Below are positions 52,644-64,000 of a DNA stretch of 64,000 nt, piece after piece. The DNA comes from Thermodesulfobacteriota bacterium (GTDB lineage: Bacteria; Desulfobacterota; Binatia; Bin18). How positions within the stretch are numbered: position 1 is the first letter of the stretch; every line of letters starts with the position of its first letter. The translations under genes were made by a program, and so were the position numbers. The notes under the pieces were generated by a model, which was given only the letters and a program-made list of their open reading frames with translations, was not told the origin of the DNA and did no database searches. Location: the NCBI GenBank assembly GCA_964291405.2, contig OZ219926.1:1632001-1696000 (forward strand). The letters run 5' to 3'.

Positions 52644-52669
52644 GGGCTCAGGCCCTGAACGGACGAGAT

Positions 52670-52697
52670 AAAAAAGGGCTGCCCGCTTCTTCAGCCC
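52670..52697 (-). terminator. Intrinsic terminator for meaB-adh
   Basis: GGGCTG-N10-CAGCCC-TTTTTT on the minus strand. Confidence 0.7.
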
Positions 52698-52702
52698 ATC
52701 TT

Positions 52703-53797
52703 TTACATCACGACCACACTCCGGGCGACTTCGCCTTTCTCCAGCGCGGTCATGGCATCGTTCACTTCGTCCAGAGAGTAGGTGCGGGTAACCAGCTCAT
52801 CGAGTTTGAGCTTGTTGTTCATATACAGCTCAATCAAGCGCGGCATATCGACGTGCGGACGGGAGGAGCCGTAGACCGAACCCTGGATCTTTTTCTCGTT
52901 GAGCAGACTGAACGCGGGGATCGTCACCGTCTCTTCACGCGCCGGGGCACCAACAACAATCGTACTGCCACCCTGTCGGGTACAGGCATAGGCTTGTTCA
53001 ATAGTTTTGCCCAGGCCGATCACTTCAAAAGCGTAATCCGAGCCGCGCCCGTCAGTCAGACCCCGCACGGTCTTGGTCAGATCGTCTTGGGACGGATTCA
53101 CGGTGTGGGTCGCGCCAAACTCTTTGGCGTACTCAAGCTTATTGTCCATCAGGTCAACCGCGATAATAATGCTCGCGCCAGCCAGCGCACAGCCTTGAAT
53201 CACGTTTAACCCCACCCCTCCACAGCCGATGACCACGGCGCTCGTGCCGGGCCTGACCGCGGCGGTATTGATGGCGGCCCCGACCCCGGTCATGACGCCG
53301 CAGCCGACCAAACAGGCTTTGTCGAGCGGCACATTATCCGGGATTTTGACACAGGCGATTTCGGGCACCACCGCGTATTCCGCATAGCTCGATAGGCCGG
53401 CGGCATGATGAATCTTCTGTCCATTTTTACTCAGCCGACAGGTACCATCAAGGAGGGCGCCTTTACCCATAATCGTCCGCATATTCACGCACAGGACCGG
53501 GCTGCCCTGCGCGCAGTAGTAGCAGTGGCCGCAGTAGGGAGCGAAAGACAGAACTACATGGTCACCGGGCTTGACCATCGTTACGTCCGGCCCAACTTCT
53601 TCGACAACGCCAGCACCTTCATGCCCAGGCACGACGGGCAGCGGGGAGCGAAGTACGCCATGGATCATGGAATAGTCGCTATGGCAGACGCCATTAGCGG
53701 TAATTTTGACGCGGACTTCTTTTGATTTGGGATTGTCGAGGTCAACTTCTTCTACCTGGAGTGGGGTACTGAGTTCGTATAGGACTGCGGCTTTCAT
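52703..53797 (-). CDS. Zn-dependent alcohol dehydrogenase (class III-like)
   Basis: GVCHSD, GHEGAG, CGHCYYC...C and GCGGVG. Confidence 0.93.
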   Translation of the reverse strand: MKAAVLYELSTPLQVEEVDLDNPKSKEVRVKITANGVCHSDYSMIHGVLRSPLPVVPGHEGAGVVEEVGPDVTMVKPGDHVVLSFAPYCGHCYYCAQGSPVLCVNMRTIMGKGALLDGTCRLSKNGQKIHHAAGLSSYAEYAVVPEIACVKIPDNVPLDKACLVGCGVMTGVGAAINTAAVRPGTSAVVIGCGGVGLNVIQGCALAGASIIIAVDLMDNKLEYAKEFGATHTVNPSQDDLTKTVRGLTDGRGSDYAFEVIGLGKTIEQAYACTRQGGSTIVVGAPAREETVTIPAFSLLNEKKIQGSVYGSSRPHVDMPRLIELYMNNKLKLDELVTRTYSLDEVNDAMTALEKGEVARSVVVM

Positions 53798-53808
53798 AAC
53801 TTCCTCCT

Positions 53809-54813
53809 TTATGCGCTGGGTCCGGATTCCTCTCGAAGCGCGGAGCTTTCCAGGATTTGATGTGACGCGGTATGGGGATCAAGCGTTCCGGCACCAACCG
53901 CGTCGAAATAGCGCGACAGCTCGGGATCGGTCTGGGCTCCAGCGGTCAAGCGTTTGCGGACTTCATATTCGACTCGGGTAATGAGTTCCTCGCGCCGACG
54001 CTCCGAGCGCCGGCGTGTCAGCTCTCCAGACGCAAGGGACGACTGATGATGATCCCGTATGGCTTGCAACAGCTCCGGCAGGCCCGTCCCGTTAATCGCC
54101 TGCGTCGCCAGCACGGGGATGCGCCAGGGCGACTGCGCCGACTCCTCCGCCGGCCGATTACTGTATTTCAGCTCCAGCATCAGGCTGAGTTCGGTCATCA
54201 TCCGCTGCGATCCGTCTCGGTCCGCCTTATTGACGACGAAGATATCCGCAATCTCCATCAACCCGGCTTTCATGACTTGAACACCGTCACCGGCTTCCGG
54301 CACAAGCGTCACCAGCACGGTATCGGTCGTGCCCATGACGTCCAATTCCGTCTGCCCAACGCCGACCGTCTCAACCAGAATATAGTCCAGGCTGGCCGCA
54401 TCCATCAGCTTAATGACGTCTTTGGTCGCGCGGGACAGCCCGCCGTGACTCCCGCGCGTCGCCATGCTCCGAATGAAGACACCGCTGTCAAGATAATGTT
54501 TCGTCATCCGAATCCGGTCGCCTAGCAGCGCACCGCCGGTAAAGGGGCTCGACGGGTCAATGGCAACAATCCCGACCGTTTCTCCGGCCTGACGCATCAG
54601 TGTCGTTAGCCCGTCTACCAGACTCGACTTGCCGGCACCCGGAGGGCCGGTAACACCTATCGTACAGGCGTGCCCTTGCCTGGGCCCGATGGCCTCCAGA
54701 ATACGGCCCAGCCGTTCATCTTCGCGTTCCACCAGCGTCATCAGACGAGCCAGCGCGCGGCTATCTCCGGACGACAGTCTTTCGAGTAGTTGGTCCAGTG
54801 TGTGTTTTGCCAT
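53809..54813 (-). CDS. meaB: Methylmalonyl-CoA mutase-associated GTPase MeaB
   Basis: GPPGAGKSS, DPSSPFTGGALLGDRIRM, ETVGVGQ and NKAD. Confidence 0.95.
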   Translation of the reverse strand: MAKHTLDQLLERLSSGDSRALARLMTLVEREDERLGRILEAIGPRQGHACTIGVTGPPGAGKSSLVDGLTTLMRQAGETVGIVAIDPSSPFTGGALLGDRIRMTKHYLDSGVFIRSMATRGSHGGLSRATKDVIKLMDAASLDYILVETVGVGQTELDVMGTTDTVLVTLVPEAGDGVQVMKAGLMEIADIFVVNKADRDGSQRMMTELSLMLELKYSNRPAEESAQSPWRIPVLATQAINGTGLPELLQAIRDHHQSSLASGELTRRRSERRREELITRVEYEVRKRLTAGAQTDPELSRYFDAVGAGTLDPHTASHQILESSALREESGPSA

Positions 54814-54928
54814 GGGTGCGCTTCTTTCTCCTTGAGCGGTCTATATACCGGAAGCTGCTGGTAAAGTCAGTGGAGCTTGGTATGCTGTGAAAGGAAAAAT
54901 ACACAGACTGCGCAGCGCGGAGGAAAGC

Positions 54929-55705
54929 ATGGAATGGGACACTCTCTATATTGAAAAAAAGGAGACGGTGGCCTTTCTGACCCTGGATCGTTCAGCGTCC
55001 TTAAATGCGGTGAACGACCAACTCACGGCTGACCTCGAAGCGGCATGTCGAGCGCTCGACACGGATGCCGACCTCCAAGTGGTCGTGCTGAGAGGTGAAG
55101 GCCGCGCCTTTTGCTCCGGCATGGACCTCAAGGCGGCCGCCATGCGCCCCTCAACGAACGCGGCCATTGATGAGGTGTGGGCTCCGTGGCAACGCGCACT
55201 GGATACCCTGGAGCACCTCAACGCTCTTACAATTGCTTCCATTCACGGCGCCTGTCTTGGAGCTGGTTGCGAGTTGGTCTTGGCCTGCGACTTTCGGATT
55301 GCGGCCAATACCGCCTTCTTCTCCCTACCCCAAGTGCTCTATGGCTCGCCGCCCGATGCCAGCCAGAGCTATAAAATCGCGCAGCTCATTGGTCTCGCCA
55401 AAGCCAAAGAAATCCTCATTCTCGGGGAACGCTTTGATGCCGCACAAGCCGAGCGTTGGGGACTGTTGACCAAAGTCGTTGAAGCCGGGAATCTCAAAGA
55501 AGAGACCGAACAACTCGTCGCCCGTTGCCAAAAGGTTGGCAGTCGAGCCGCGACCGTCGCCAAGCATCTGCTGCATCAGTCCTGGACGATGGGCCAGGAG
55601 ACTTGGTCGTCGGAAATATCCCGTGCCCGTGCGACCGCGCTTGAGACCAAGGACTTTGCCGAGGCCATGCGTATCTACCGCGAGCAGCGCAAGCCGCAGG
55701 TGTAG
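54929..55705 (+). CDS. Enoyl-CoA hydratase/isomerase (crotonase) family protein
   Basis: AFCSGMDL and HGACLGAGCELVLACDFRIA; SD GGAGG. Confidence 0.9.
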   Translation: MEWDTLYIEKKETVAFLTLDRSASLNAVNDQLTADLEAACRALDTDADLQVVVLRGEGRAFCSGMDLKAAAMRPSTNAAIDEVWAPWQRALDTLEHLNALTIASIHGACLGAGCELVLACDFRIAANTAFFSLPQVLYGSPPDASQSYKIAQLIGLAKAKEILILGERFDAAQAERWGLLTKVVEAGNLKEETEQLVARCQKVGSRAATVAKHLLHQSWTMGQETWSSEISRARATALETKDFAEAMRIYREQRKPQV

Positions 55706-55706
55706 A

Positions 55707-55762
55707 GGGAATTGGGGATTCGGGGTTAGGGTTCACTTCCTAGTCCCTAACCCCCAACCTCA
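55707..55762. repeat. Heptamer-based (STRR-like) inverted repeat between convergent genes
   Basis: GGGAATT GGGGATT CGGGGTT AGGG ... CCCTAACCCCCAACCTC. Confidence 0.6.
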
Positions 55763-55772
55763 TGCTCCTTGC

Positions 55773-56189
55773 CTACTCCTTGCCGCTCAGCGCCTGACTG
55801 AGCGCGGTGCGATAGGGATGGGTATCCATGTAGATACGCAACACCTTAAACTTGCCGTTCTCAAACGTCCAGAAGTTCAGATTGTCCATCACCAACGGCT
55901 TGCCGTCCGTCGTCTTGCCTTCGAGATGGAGCGGCGCGATCAGTTTATTGCCTTCGATAATGATGTCCGTAGCCGTGGCAGTATAATCAACCAAGCTGGT
56001 CGTCAGTTTTTCGTAGAACACGCGCAGGGCCGCTTTGCCCTGAATCCCGGCGGCACCGGTGACAGGGTTGATGAGTTTGGCATCGTCGGCAAACAGTTCG
56101 AGAATGCCGTCCACATCGCCGTTCGTCACGCGCTCAAAATACGTATGAGCGGCGCTCTCCATCTGCTGTTCAGTCTGCCCGCGCGCCAT
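55773..56189 (-). CDS. SnoaL/NTF2-like (ketosteroid isomerase-like) protein
   Basis: YFERVTNGDVDGILELFADDA...GKAALRVFY...FENGKF...YMD. Confidence 0.85.
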   Translation of the reverse strand: MARGQTEQQMESAAHTYFERVTNGDVDGILELFADDAKLINPVTGAAGIQGKAALRVFYEKLTTSLVDYTATATDIIIEGNKLIAPLHLEGKTTDGKPLVMDNLNFWTFENGKFKVLRIYMDTHPYRTALSQALSGKE

Positions 56190-59100
56190 GGTTCCCTCCG
56201 TTCAGATAGGCTTTCAAACACTGTGCCGTGTAGGACTGCTGGACCTTCTTCATGAGTTGCTGGGGTGTACCGCTGGCCACAATATTGCCGCCGGCGGCAC
56301 CGCCTTCGGGACCGAGGTCGATGATGTAATCGGCCTCTTTGATGATGTCGAGATTGTGTTCAATCGTCACCACCGTATTGCCCTTATCAATCAGTCGATG
56401 GAGCGTGTGGATCAGCTTTTCGATATCGGCGAAATGGAGGCCTGTTGTCGGCTCGTCCAATACGTAGAGCGTTTTCCCGCGCGAGCGTTTTGCCAGCTCG
56501 TAGGCCAGTTTGATGCGCTGTGCTTCACCCCCGGACAGCGTATTGCTGGCCTGACCAAGCCGGATATAGCCCATGCCAATATCGTTCAGCAGCTTGAGCG
56601 GTTGCGCGACCTTGGGCACGCCAATGAAAAACGTCGCCGCCTCTTCAATGGTCATTTCAAGCACATCGGCAATATTCTTGCCGTTATAGGCAATTTCCAG
56701 GGTCTCCTCGTTATAGCGCCTGCCACCGCACAGATCGCAGGTGACGTAGACGTCGGGCAGAAAGCTCATCTCCATTTTAATGCGGCCCTGTCCGGCACAG
56801 GTCTCGCAACGCCCACCTTTCACATTGAAAGAGAACCGACCGGGTTTATAGCCGCGCAGCCGTGCATCGGGCAACAGAGAAAAGAGCTTGCGCACCTCGT
56901 CCCAAAAGCCCACGTAGGACGCCGGGACCGAACGCGGAGTTTTCCCGATGGGCGATTGATCGACCTCGACCACACGCTCAATCCCCTCCGTATTGTCAAT
57001 GCTGTCATGCAGCCCGACCCGACCGGCATATAAACCCAGTTTGCGCCGGAGCCCATTGACCAAGACTTCCTGGACTAAGGAACTCTTCCCCGAGCCAGAC
57101 ACCCCGGACACACCGACCCACGTCCCGAGCGGAATATCAATGTCGATATTCTTCAGATTATTCTCTCGCACGCCCCGCATGCGCAGCCGCGGCCGCTCCG
57201 TGAGAGACCGAACCGGACCGAGCCGCGGGTGGGCCGAGGAGAGAAACTGACCGGTGAGGGAGGCCGTGTTCTTGCGTAACTGCTGGGGCGAGCCTATAGC
57301 CACCACTTGACCACCGTGCACCCCGGCGCCTGGCCCCAGGTCGATCACCACATCCGCATTCTCAATAGTCTGCTCGTCGTGTTCGACGACCAGCACGGTG
57401 TTGCCACGTTCTTGCAGATTCCGCAGGGTATCAATCAGGCGGGCATTATCGCGCGGGTGCAGCCCGATGGTCGGTTCGTCCAGGATATAACACACCCCAC
57501 ACAGATTGGAGCCGAGCTGAGCGGCCAGACGAATCCGCTGCGCCTCCCCGCCGGACAAGGTATCCGCGCGGCGGTCCAAGGACAGATAGGACAGGCCGAC
57601 CTGATTCAGAAAGCTGAGTCTGGGAACGATTTCTTTGAGAATCGGTCGCCCGACGAGCGTGTCACGCTCGGACAGAGACAGGTCCTGCAAACGACTGAGG
57701 CAGTCTGCTGCCGACAGACGCATCAGCCCCGGCAGCGACTGGCCACACACCTGTACAGCCCGCGCACGTGGATTCAGACGCTCCCCCTGACATTCCGGAC
57801 AGGCTGACTCACCCAGGAACTGCGACAGCGCGTAGGATGAACCCGTATCCTCGCCGTAGTCAAGCGTTTCATTCAGGATATCGAACGCCCCTTGCAGCCC
57901 CTGACCGTCCCCGGAAAGGACCAGTTGACGCTGCTCCGCGTCCAGTTCGCCAAATGGTCGGTCGACCGGGACACCCAGCTTCTTGAGTCCACGCAGGAGC
58001 TTGTTCTTGGCCCGTTTCAGCTCAGAACGGGCAAGCGGCAGGAGGGCGTCTTGTTTGAGCGACTTGCTCTCGTCCGGGACGACCAGCTCGGGATCGAACT
58101 CCCACAAAAATCCGGCACCGGAGCAGTCCGGGCAGGCTCCCTGGCGGCTGTTAAAGGAAAACAGGCGAGGCTCAGGTTCTTCAAACCCAAGGCCACAAGC
58201 GACACAGAAGAGATGCTCGCTATAGGTCCGCTCGTCTTCGCCGCACACGTGCACCGCACCACTCCCGACCCGCAGGGCCGACTGGAGCAGCGTCTCGGTG
58301 TCACGCCGATTTTCGTTTGCGCCATTCACCAGCGTCTCGCCAATCACAATATCGATGTCGTGCTCTTTATAGCGCTGCAAACTCTGTCCCGGTTCGATCG
58401 TCGTCGGACGGCCGTCGATGCGCGCCTGCTTGAAGCCCAGCTTGCGCGCCCCGGCTAAAATATCTTTGTGAAACCCCTTCCGCCCTCGCACCACCGGAGC
58501 GAAAAAAGTTGTTTTCTGCCCGTGAAAATCGGCCTGAATATGATCCAGGATTTGACTTCGGCTCTGAGCCGCCAACGGCGATCCACACTGGGTACAATGT
58601 TGGACACCGATCTTGGCGTACAGCAGCCGCAAGTAGTGCGACAGTTCGGTCACGGTGGCAACGGTCGAATTCCGCCCGCCCCGACTCATCCGCTGCTCAA
58701 TGGCCACCGTGGGCGGAATACCAGTCAGCAGGTCAACATTGGGCCGGGCGAGCACTTTAATAAATTGCCGCGAGTACGCAGACAGGCTGTCAATATAGCG
58801 TCGCTGGCCTTCGGCGTAGACCAAGTCAAACACTAGCGTTGACTTACCGGAGCCGGACAGACCCGTCACCACCACCATCTGGTCGCGCGGAATATCGACT
58901 GAAATATCTTGCAGGTTGTGTTCCTTGGCCCCAATAATGGCAATGGACTTACCGCTCCCGACCTCAGCGACAAGCGGCCGAGCCGGAGATTTCGCTTTCC
59001 GCCGCTTCCGCTGCGGGCGCCGCCCTGCTGAATCCAAGACTTCCTTCAGATAGCGTCCGGTATGCGAGGCCCGGACCTCGGCCACCTCCTCCGGCGTTCC

Positions 59101-61965
59101 CTCGGCCACAATCGTCCCGCCACCGTCTCCCCCTTCAGGCCCGAGGTCTATCAAATAGTCGGCAGACTTAATGACCTCAAGGTTGTGCTCAATAATCAGG
59201 ACCGAATGGCCATACTCGACCAGTTGGTCGAACGCGTTGAGCAGTTTCTGTATATCGGCAAAATGCAGCCCGGTTGTCGGCTCATCAAAGATGAACAGCG
59301 TGCCGTGGGTGTCGGCGTCTTTGGAGCGCTCCTTGGCAATATGCGTTGCCAGCTTCAGCCGCTGGGCCTCACCCCCGGACAGCGTGGTCAGCGCCTGGCC
59401 CAGACGCATATACTCCAGACCGACTGCGGCCAGCGGGCCCAGACGGCGCTTGAGCTCTTTTTGCTCGCCAAAAAATTCTATGGCTTCGGCAACGGTAAAA
59501 TTCAGAATGTCGGTCAGACTCTTGCCCTTATAGCGAACTTCCAGCACCTCCGCCCGATAACGTTTGCCCTGACACTCGGGGCAGGGGACATACACGTCCG
59601 AGAGAAACTGCATCTCGACTTTTTCAAAGCCCTCACCTTTACACGACTCGCAACGCCCACCCTCGACGTTGAACGAGAAGGTACTCGGCGTATAGCCACG
59701 GACCCGCGCCAATTCGGTTTGCGACAAGAGACGCCGCACCGTATCAAACGCCTTGGTGTAGGTGAGCAGGTTGGCACGCGGAGTTGTACCGATGGCCGAC
59801 TGATCGACAAAGATAATATCGGCAAGCTGATCGCCTCCCAGGATAGCACGGTACGCACCCGGAATGCCGACCGGCTCACCCCGCTGTTTTTTGAGTCCGC
59901 GATACAGCACGTCTTCCACCAGCGTCGATTTGCCGGAGCCGGACACGCCGGTCAGACATACCAGACAGCCGAGCGGAACGGTGACATCGATATCCTGAAG
60001 ATTATGCGCACTCGCTCCTCGGACGGCCAGCCTATGTTTTTTCCTGACGGGCCGGCGTTTCTGCGGGAGCGGAATGGTCAACCGTCCAGACAGGTATTGA
60101 CCGGTCAGCGACTGCTTGTCTTTGAGCAGCCTGGTATACGGCCCGTTGAATACGATCTCGCCGCCTTTTTCACCGGCCAGGGGTCCCAGGTCGATGACAT
60201 TATCCGTCTCGCGAATAATCTCCGGATCGTGCTCAACCACAACAACCGTATTCCCGTTGTCGCGCAGGTCTTGCAGAATACGGACCAGACGCTGGCTATC
60301 GCGCGGATGCAACCCGATAGACGGTTCGTCCAGAATATAGAGGGTGTTGACCAGCGCGGAACCAATCGCCGTGGTCAGGTCCACGCGTTCCAGCTCGCCG
60401 CCGGACAGGGTGCGGGATTGCCGGTCCAGGGTCAGGTATTCCACGCCGACCTCAACCAGATAGCGCAGGCGTTTCCGAATCTCATCCAGCATGAGACGGG
60501 CGACCTGCTCCTGGTAGGCAGTCAGCTTGAGGGCGGCAAAGAATTCCGTGCACGCCCCGATGCTCATCAGATTGATATCGGCCAGGGTTTTGCCCCCAAC
60601 CCGATACAACAGGCTCTCCGGTTTGAGGCGCGCGCCCCGGCAGTCTTCACACGAGAAATAGCCCCGGTAGCGGGCCAGAAAGACGCGCACATGCATTTTA
60701 TACGTTTTGGTTTCCAGCCACTTGAACCAGCCTCGGACGCCGTAGTAGTCATCGTCGCCTTCCATGATGGCCTGCTGTTGCTCCGGGCTGAGCGCCTGCC
60801 AGGCCACGTCGGTCGGAATGTTATGCTGCTCGCAAAAGGAAAATAACTCGCGTCGCTCCCACTGTGCCGCTTTGATCCGCCAAGGCTTAATGGCCCCGTG
60901 TTTCAGCGTCAGGGTCGGATCGGGGACGATCAACTCCGGGTCAATATCAATCGTGCGACCAAACCCGCGGCAGGTATCGCACGCACCGAGCGGGCTATTG
61001 AACGAGAACATATTCGGCACGGGCTCTTGATAGGCAATGCCACACGCCGCGCACTCAAGCTGGTCCGAGAACGGCACCGCGGTGAAAGAGGGAACGTCTC
61101 CTTCATCGCGAGAAGGGGCGGGAGACGTTTCCTCTTTGTTGTCTTCATCGGGAAAAATCAGCGTCAGGCGACCCTTGCCATACTGAAAGGCCTGTTCGCA
61201 TGAGTCGTGGATGCGCTTTTTGGAGCGGGGAGTAAGGGTCAGACGATCAACCAGAACGGTGCAGGTTTCCGGCTCCGCCTCGGGCCGGTCTGCCAGCTCC
61301 TGAATATCGATCGGCTTACCAGCCACAACGATTCGATGGAAACCGGACTGCAACAAGCCGTTACGGACTTCCTCCCAGGGCAGGCTGGCCGGCGTTGACA
61401 CGCTGAACGTGACCAGAAAGCGGCAGCCGTCCGACTTTTCTTTGCGCAGCTTTTTGTACACTGACTCGGCCGAGTCACGCTCCACCGGCTGATCGCATTC
61501 CCGACAGTACAGACTCCCTATTTTGGCAAACAGGAGCTTGAGATGGTCGTGCAGTTCGGTCATGGTCCCAACGGTTGAGCGCGAGGTCCGCACCGGCCGG
61601 TTCTGGTCAATGGCAATGGCCGGTAGAATGCCGTCAATGCGCTCGACCTGGGGCTTGTCCATACGGTCGAGAAACTGCCGCGCGTAGGCCGAGAAGCTCT
61701 CGACGTAGCGACGCTGACCTTCAGCGTACAAAATATCGAAAGCCAGGCTCGACTTGCCCGACCCACTGACTCCGGTCACCACTGTCAGTTGGTGCAGGGG
61801 AATCTGCACATCGATGTTTTTGAGATTGTTCTGGCGCGCGCCAGTTACCCGAATCGAGCCACCACCCGTCCCGTTGGTTTCCAATCCTGCCCTCCACGTA
61901 TAGCAATCAGTGGCCAGGTCGAGATGTGGGGTCCACCTCTGCCGCCGGACCGTTGTCTCCTTCAT
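56170..61965 (-). CDS. uvrA: Excinuclease ABC subunit A, double-length (two fused UvrA units)
   Basis: Four Walker A motifs (GxSGSGKS), two EGQRRY motifs, four LSGGE signatures with (L/F)DEP, and Zn fingers; 1931 aa. Confidence 0.93.
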   Translation of the reverse strand: MKETTVRRQRWTPHLDLATDCYTWRAGLETNGTGGGSIRVTGARQNNLKNIDVQIPLHQLTVVTGVSGSGKSSLAFDILYAEGQRRYVESFSAYARQFLDRMDKPQVERIDGILPAIAIDQNRPVRTSRSTVGTMTELHDHLKLLFAKIGSLYCRECDQPVERDSAESVYKKLRKEKSDGCRFLVTFSVSTPASLPWEEVRNGLLQSGFHRIVVAGKPIDIQELADRPEAEPETCTVLVDRLTLTPRSKKRIHDSCEQAFQYGKGRLTLIFPDEDNKEETSPAPSRDEGDVPSFTAVPFSDQLECAACGIAYQEPVPNMFSFNSPLGACDTCRGFGRTIDIDPELIVPDPTLTLKHGAIKPWRIKAAQWERRELFSFCEQHNIPTDVAWQALSPEQQQAIMEGDDDYYGVRGWFKWLETKTYKMHVRVFLARYRGYFSCEDCRGARLKPESLLYRVGGKTLADINLMSIGACTEFFAALKLTAYQEQVARLMLDEIRKRLRYLVEVGVEYLTLDRQSRTLSGGELERVDLTTAIGSALVNTLYILDEPSIGLHPRDSQRLVRILQDLRDNGNTVVVVEHDPEIIRETDNVIDLGPLAGEKGGEIVFNGPYTRLLKDKQSLTGQYLSGRLTIPLPQKRRPVRKKHRLAVRGASAHNLQDIDVTVPLGCLVCLTGVSGSGKSTLVEDVLYRGLKKQRGEPVGIPGAYRAILGGDQLADIIFVDQSAIGTTPRANLLTYTKAFDTVRRLLSQTELARVRGYTPSTFSFNVEGGRCESCKGEGFEKVEMQFLSDVYVPCPECQGKRYRAEVLEVRYKGKSLTDILNFTVAEAIEFFGEQKELKRRLGPLAAVGLEYMRLGQALTTLSGGEAQRLKLATHIAKERSKDADTHGTLFIFDEPTTGLHFADIQKLLNAFDQLVEYGHSVLIIEHNLEVIKSADYLIDLGPEGGDGGGTIVAEGTPEEVAEVRASHTGRYLKEVLDSAGRRPQRKRRKAKSPARPLVAEVGSGKSIAIIGAKEHNLQDISVDIPRDQMVVVTGLSGSGKSTLVFDLVYAEGQRRYIDSLSAYSRQFIKVLARPNVDLLTGIPPTVAIEQRMSRGGRNSTVATVTELSHYLRLLYAKIGVQHCTQCGSPLAAQSRSQILDHIQADFHGQKTTFFAPVVRGRKGFHKDILAGARKLGFKQARIDGRPTTIEPGQSLQRYKEHDIDIVIGETLVNGANENRRDTETLLQSALRVGSGAVHVCGEDERTYSEHLFCVACGLGFEEPEPRLFSFNSRQGACPDCSGAGFLWEFDPELVVPDESKSLKQDALLPLARSELKRAKNKLLRGLKKLGVPVDRPFGELDAEQRQLVLSGDGQGLQGAFDILNETLDYGEDTGSSYALSQFLGESACPECQGERLNPRARAVQVCGQSLPGLMRLSAADCLSRLQDLSLSERDTLVGRPILKEIVPRLSFLNQVGLSYLSLDRRADTLSGGEAQRIRLAAQLGSNLCGVCYILDEPTIGLHPRDNARLIDTLRNLQERGNTVLVVEHDEQTIENADVVIDLGPGAGVHGGQVVAIGSPQQLRKNTASLTGQFLSSAHPRLGPVRSLTERPRLRMRGVRENNLKNIDIDIPLGTWVGVSGVSGSGKSSLVQEVLVNGLRRKLGLYAGRVGLHDSIDNTEGIERVVEVDQSPIGKTPRSVPASYVGFWDEVRKLFSLLPDARLRGYKPGRFSFNVKGGRCETCAGQGRIKMEMSFLPDVYVTCDLCGGRRYNEETLEIAYNGKNIADVLEMTIEEAATFFIGVPKVAQPLKLLNDIGMGYIRLGQASNTLSGGEAQRIKLAYELAKRSRGKTLYVLDEPTTGLHFADIEKLIHTLHRLIDKGNTVVTIEHNLDIIKEADYIIDLGPEGGAAGGNIVASGTPQQLMKKVQQSYTAQCLKAYLNGGNHGARAD

Positions 61966-62118
61966 ACTGAGCCGAGCCGGTTCCGTCTAGTCGGGCGTGT
62001 GATTTCGCTCTTGGAGTGCACTGGTGCTGGCCGGGAGCGTGAGCTTCTGGCCCACAGAAAGCAGCCTCAGGCCGCCTCGTCTACGCCCCAACTTGCATGC
62101 TAGAGATGAAAAGCTGTT

Positions 62119-63477
62119 ATGGTCGCCCAGCCTTCTCCATCCTCCATATCACCCCAGCGTATCCTTTTTGTCACCGAGCCGGGTATGGGTCATGTCCATC
62201 CGTTGCTGCCGGTGATGCACAACCTCCAGGCCAGGGGCCACGCCGTTGCCTTGGCCACCAGCCGGCTGTATCAGGAGCGTATCGAGCGCGAGGGCCTGCC
62301 ATTCTACCCCCTCAGCCCCCACTACTCCGAAGAACGCCTAGAGGAATTTTTCCCGCCCATTCGCTATCTGCGTATCCATTATCTGCGCGTGAGCTACGAC
62401 TTTTTACGCATCTTCATGGCTTCAATACCCACACGTATCCCGGAACTCCGACAGATTACTCAGGTCTTCCGGCCCCGCGTTGTTGTGGCCGGACCGTTGA
62501 CCTTTGCCGCCCAGCTTTTTTGCGAGCAGCAGGCAATGCCGTGGGCCGTGCTGAGCCCCATGACCCACTTCATGTCCCCGAGTCTGCACGCCCCTCCGGC
62601 CGGCTTGCCACGAGTAGAAACCATACCCGCGGCCCTCCGTTTTCCCTATCGGCTCGGACTCAAAGGCGCGCTCCGCGTGGCCACGACGCTAATGGCTCCG
62701 TGGCGCTTTGCCCTGAATCGCTATCGCCGGCAGCTTGGACTCCCTCCCCATGCCGACCCACTCTCACCCCAGGCCGTCGCCCCGTCCTTACTCATCCATA
62801 CCTGTAGTCGGGAATATGATTACAATCGGCCCGACCTGCCGCCCCAAGTGCATTACGTTGGTCCATCGGTATGGGACCGGCCGATTGACTGGCAAACGCC
62901 GGGTTGGCTGACGGAGGTACCACAGGGCAAGCCGCTTGTGTACGTCAGCCTCGGCACAGTTTTTAATACGCGCCTGAGTGTCTTCCAAAAAATTATTCGC
63001 GCCCTCGGTCAGCTCGACGTCTTCGGTCTGGTTGCCACCGGTCCCGGTTGTCCGCCCGATCTTTTTTCGGCAGTTCCGTCTAATGTGCGTATCGAGTCGT
63101 ATATTCCGCAGACGGTGCTACAAGCAGAGCCGAAAACTCGCCCGGCCCTGATCATTTCACACGGTGGAGTGAACACCGTGCTGACCGCACTGTCCGACGG
63201 GATTCCGCTACTGTGCATCCCCCTCGGCGCGGATCAGCCCGATAATGCCCAGCGCTGCGTAGATGTCGGAGCCGGTCTGCGGTTGGACCGACGCCTGCTG
63301 ACGACCGCCCGACTCAAACGCGCTATCCACACCCTGCTCAGTCAGGGCTCGTTCACCCGTCAGGCAGAACAGATGCAACGCACCCTGCGCCAGCATAACG
63401 GTCCCGAGGAAGCCGCGAATCTTATTCTTCGACTGGCTGAAACCAGGACGGCGGTCCACCGTACCTCCCTTGACTAG
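62119..63477 (+). CDS. GT1/MGT-family UDP-glycosyltransferase
   Basis: GHVHP, VYVSLGT, YIPQ and ISHGGVNT...P...ADQPDNA (PSPG-like). Confidence 0.9.
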   Translation: MVAQPSPSSISPQRILFVTEPGMGHVHPLLPVMHNLQARGHAVALATSRLYQERIEREGLPFYPLSPHYSEERLEEFFPPIRYLRIHYLRVSYDFLRIFMASIPTRIPELRQITQVFRPRVVVAGPLTFAAQLFCEQQAMPWAVLSPMTHFMSPSLHAPPAGLPRVETIPAALRFPYRLGLKGALRVATTLMAPWRFALNRYRRQLGLPPHADPLSPQAVAPSLLIHTCSREYDYNRPDLPPQVHYVGPSVWDRPIDWQTPGWLTEVPQGKPLVYVSLGTVFNTRLSVFQKIIRALGQLDVFGLVATGPGCPPDLFSAVPSNVRIESYIPQTVLQAEPKTRPALIISHGGVNTVLTALSDGIPLLCIPLGADQPDNAQRCVDVGAGLRLDRRLLTTARLKRAIHTLLSQGSFTRQAEQMQRTLRQHNGPEEAANLILRLAETRTAVHRTSLD

Positions 63478-63539
63478 GGGCCAGTGGTTCTCTTTCGGTA
63501 CGTGACGGGGTATAGCAAGGGAAAGAAGAAGGAGTACCC

Positions 63540-64000
63540 ATGACCACACTGCTCGGTATTTCAGGCAGTCTCACGGCCGGCGGCAGTACTCGAACTGTTG
63601 TCGATGCCGCACTGGCAGCCGCGCAAACACACGCCCCGGACATCACGACCGACGTGATCGACCTGCGTGACGTGACCATCTCTTTTTGTGACGGGCGACC
63701 ACCCGAAGACTACCCGGACGACACCCCCCACGTCCTTAAACGCATCAACGCTGCCAACGCCTATATCATCGGCACACCCATCTATCGAGGTTCATACACC
63801 GGAGCCCTCAAGAACCTGCTCGACCATATTCCGGTCGAAGCCTTTATGGGCAAGGTCGTGGGTTTGATTGGGAACGCTTATACCGACCATCACTACCTCA
63901 GCATCGACCAGGAGCTGAAACCGGTATTGGCCTGGTTCAATACGCACATCGTCCCTGGAAGCGTGTATGTTCGAGCCGACCAGATGAAGGCCGGAGAGAT
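63540..64000 (+). CDS. NAD(P)H-dependent FMN reductase (SsuE/MsuE-like), 3'-partial
   Basis: My translation: MTTLLGISGSL...GTPIYRGSYTGALKNLLD; SD AAGGAG. Confidence 0.88.
   Translation, partial: MTTLLGISGSLTAGGSTRTVVDAALAAAQTHAPDITTDVIDLRDVTISFCDGRPPEDYPDDTPHVLKRINAANAYIIGTPIYRGSYTGALKNLLDHIPVEAFMGKVVGLIGNAYTDHHYLSIDQELKPVLAWFNTHIVPGSVYVRADQMKAGE

Noticed and set aside
59062-60846. 594-aa ORF on +
   Set aside because: Antisense shadow of uvrA with no motifs; typical of GC-rich coding DNA.

Overview
GC-rich Gram-negative chromosomal window. The kdsB-pyrG-kdsA-lptCAB-rpoN-ptsN-rapZ-HPr-metK-ahcY-amidase-glnD-xerD order resembles delta-proteobacterial/Binatia-like genomes (inference). The left half is accessory and rich in transport genes: an RRM protein, an AHL-lactonase-family MBL, three intact non-heme TonB-dependent receptors (two are tandem paralogs), Nramp-like and BCCT transporters, a CoA-transferase-fold pair and a K+-dependent membrane PPase. 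An iron-uptake island (about 20.9-30.3 kb) consists of two convergent operons, exbB-exbD-exbD-tonB-tonB'-Fiu-like receptor on + and PepSY-hmuR-hmuT-hmuU on -. The right half is mainly housekeeping, plus a double-length UvrA. No rRNA, tRNA, CRISPR array or transposase was seen. Main observations: (1) both iron operons begin with a homologous sigma70 promoter + Fur-like box + 90-140 nt leader ending in a covarying terminator hairpin, a candidate twin iron-responsive sRNA or attenuator; (2) a chimeric protein joins a receptor-type signal peptide/TonB box to a TonB C-terminal domain; (3) the two operons are fused by an apparent 14-bp microhomology deletion that truncates the receptor and hmuU; (4) the RRM gene apparently starts at a non-canonical ATC behind a structured leader.
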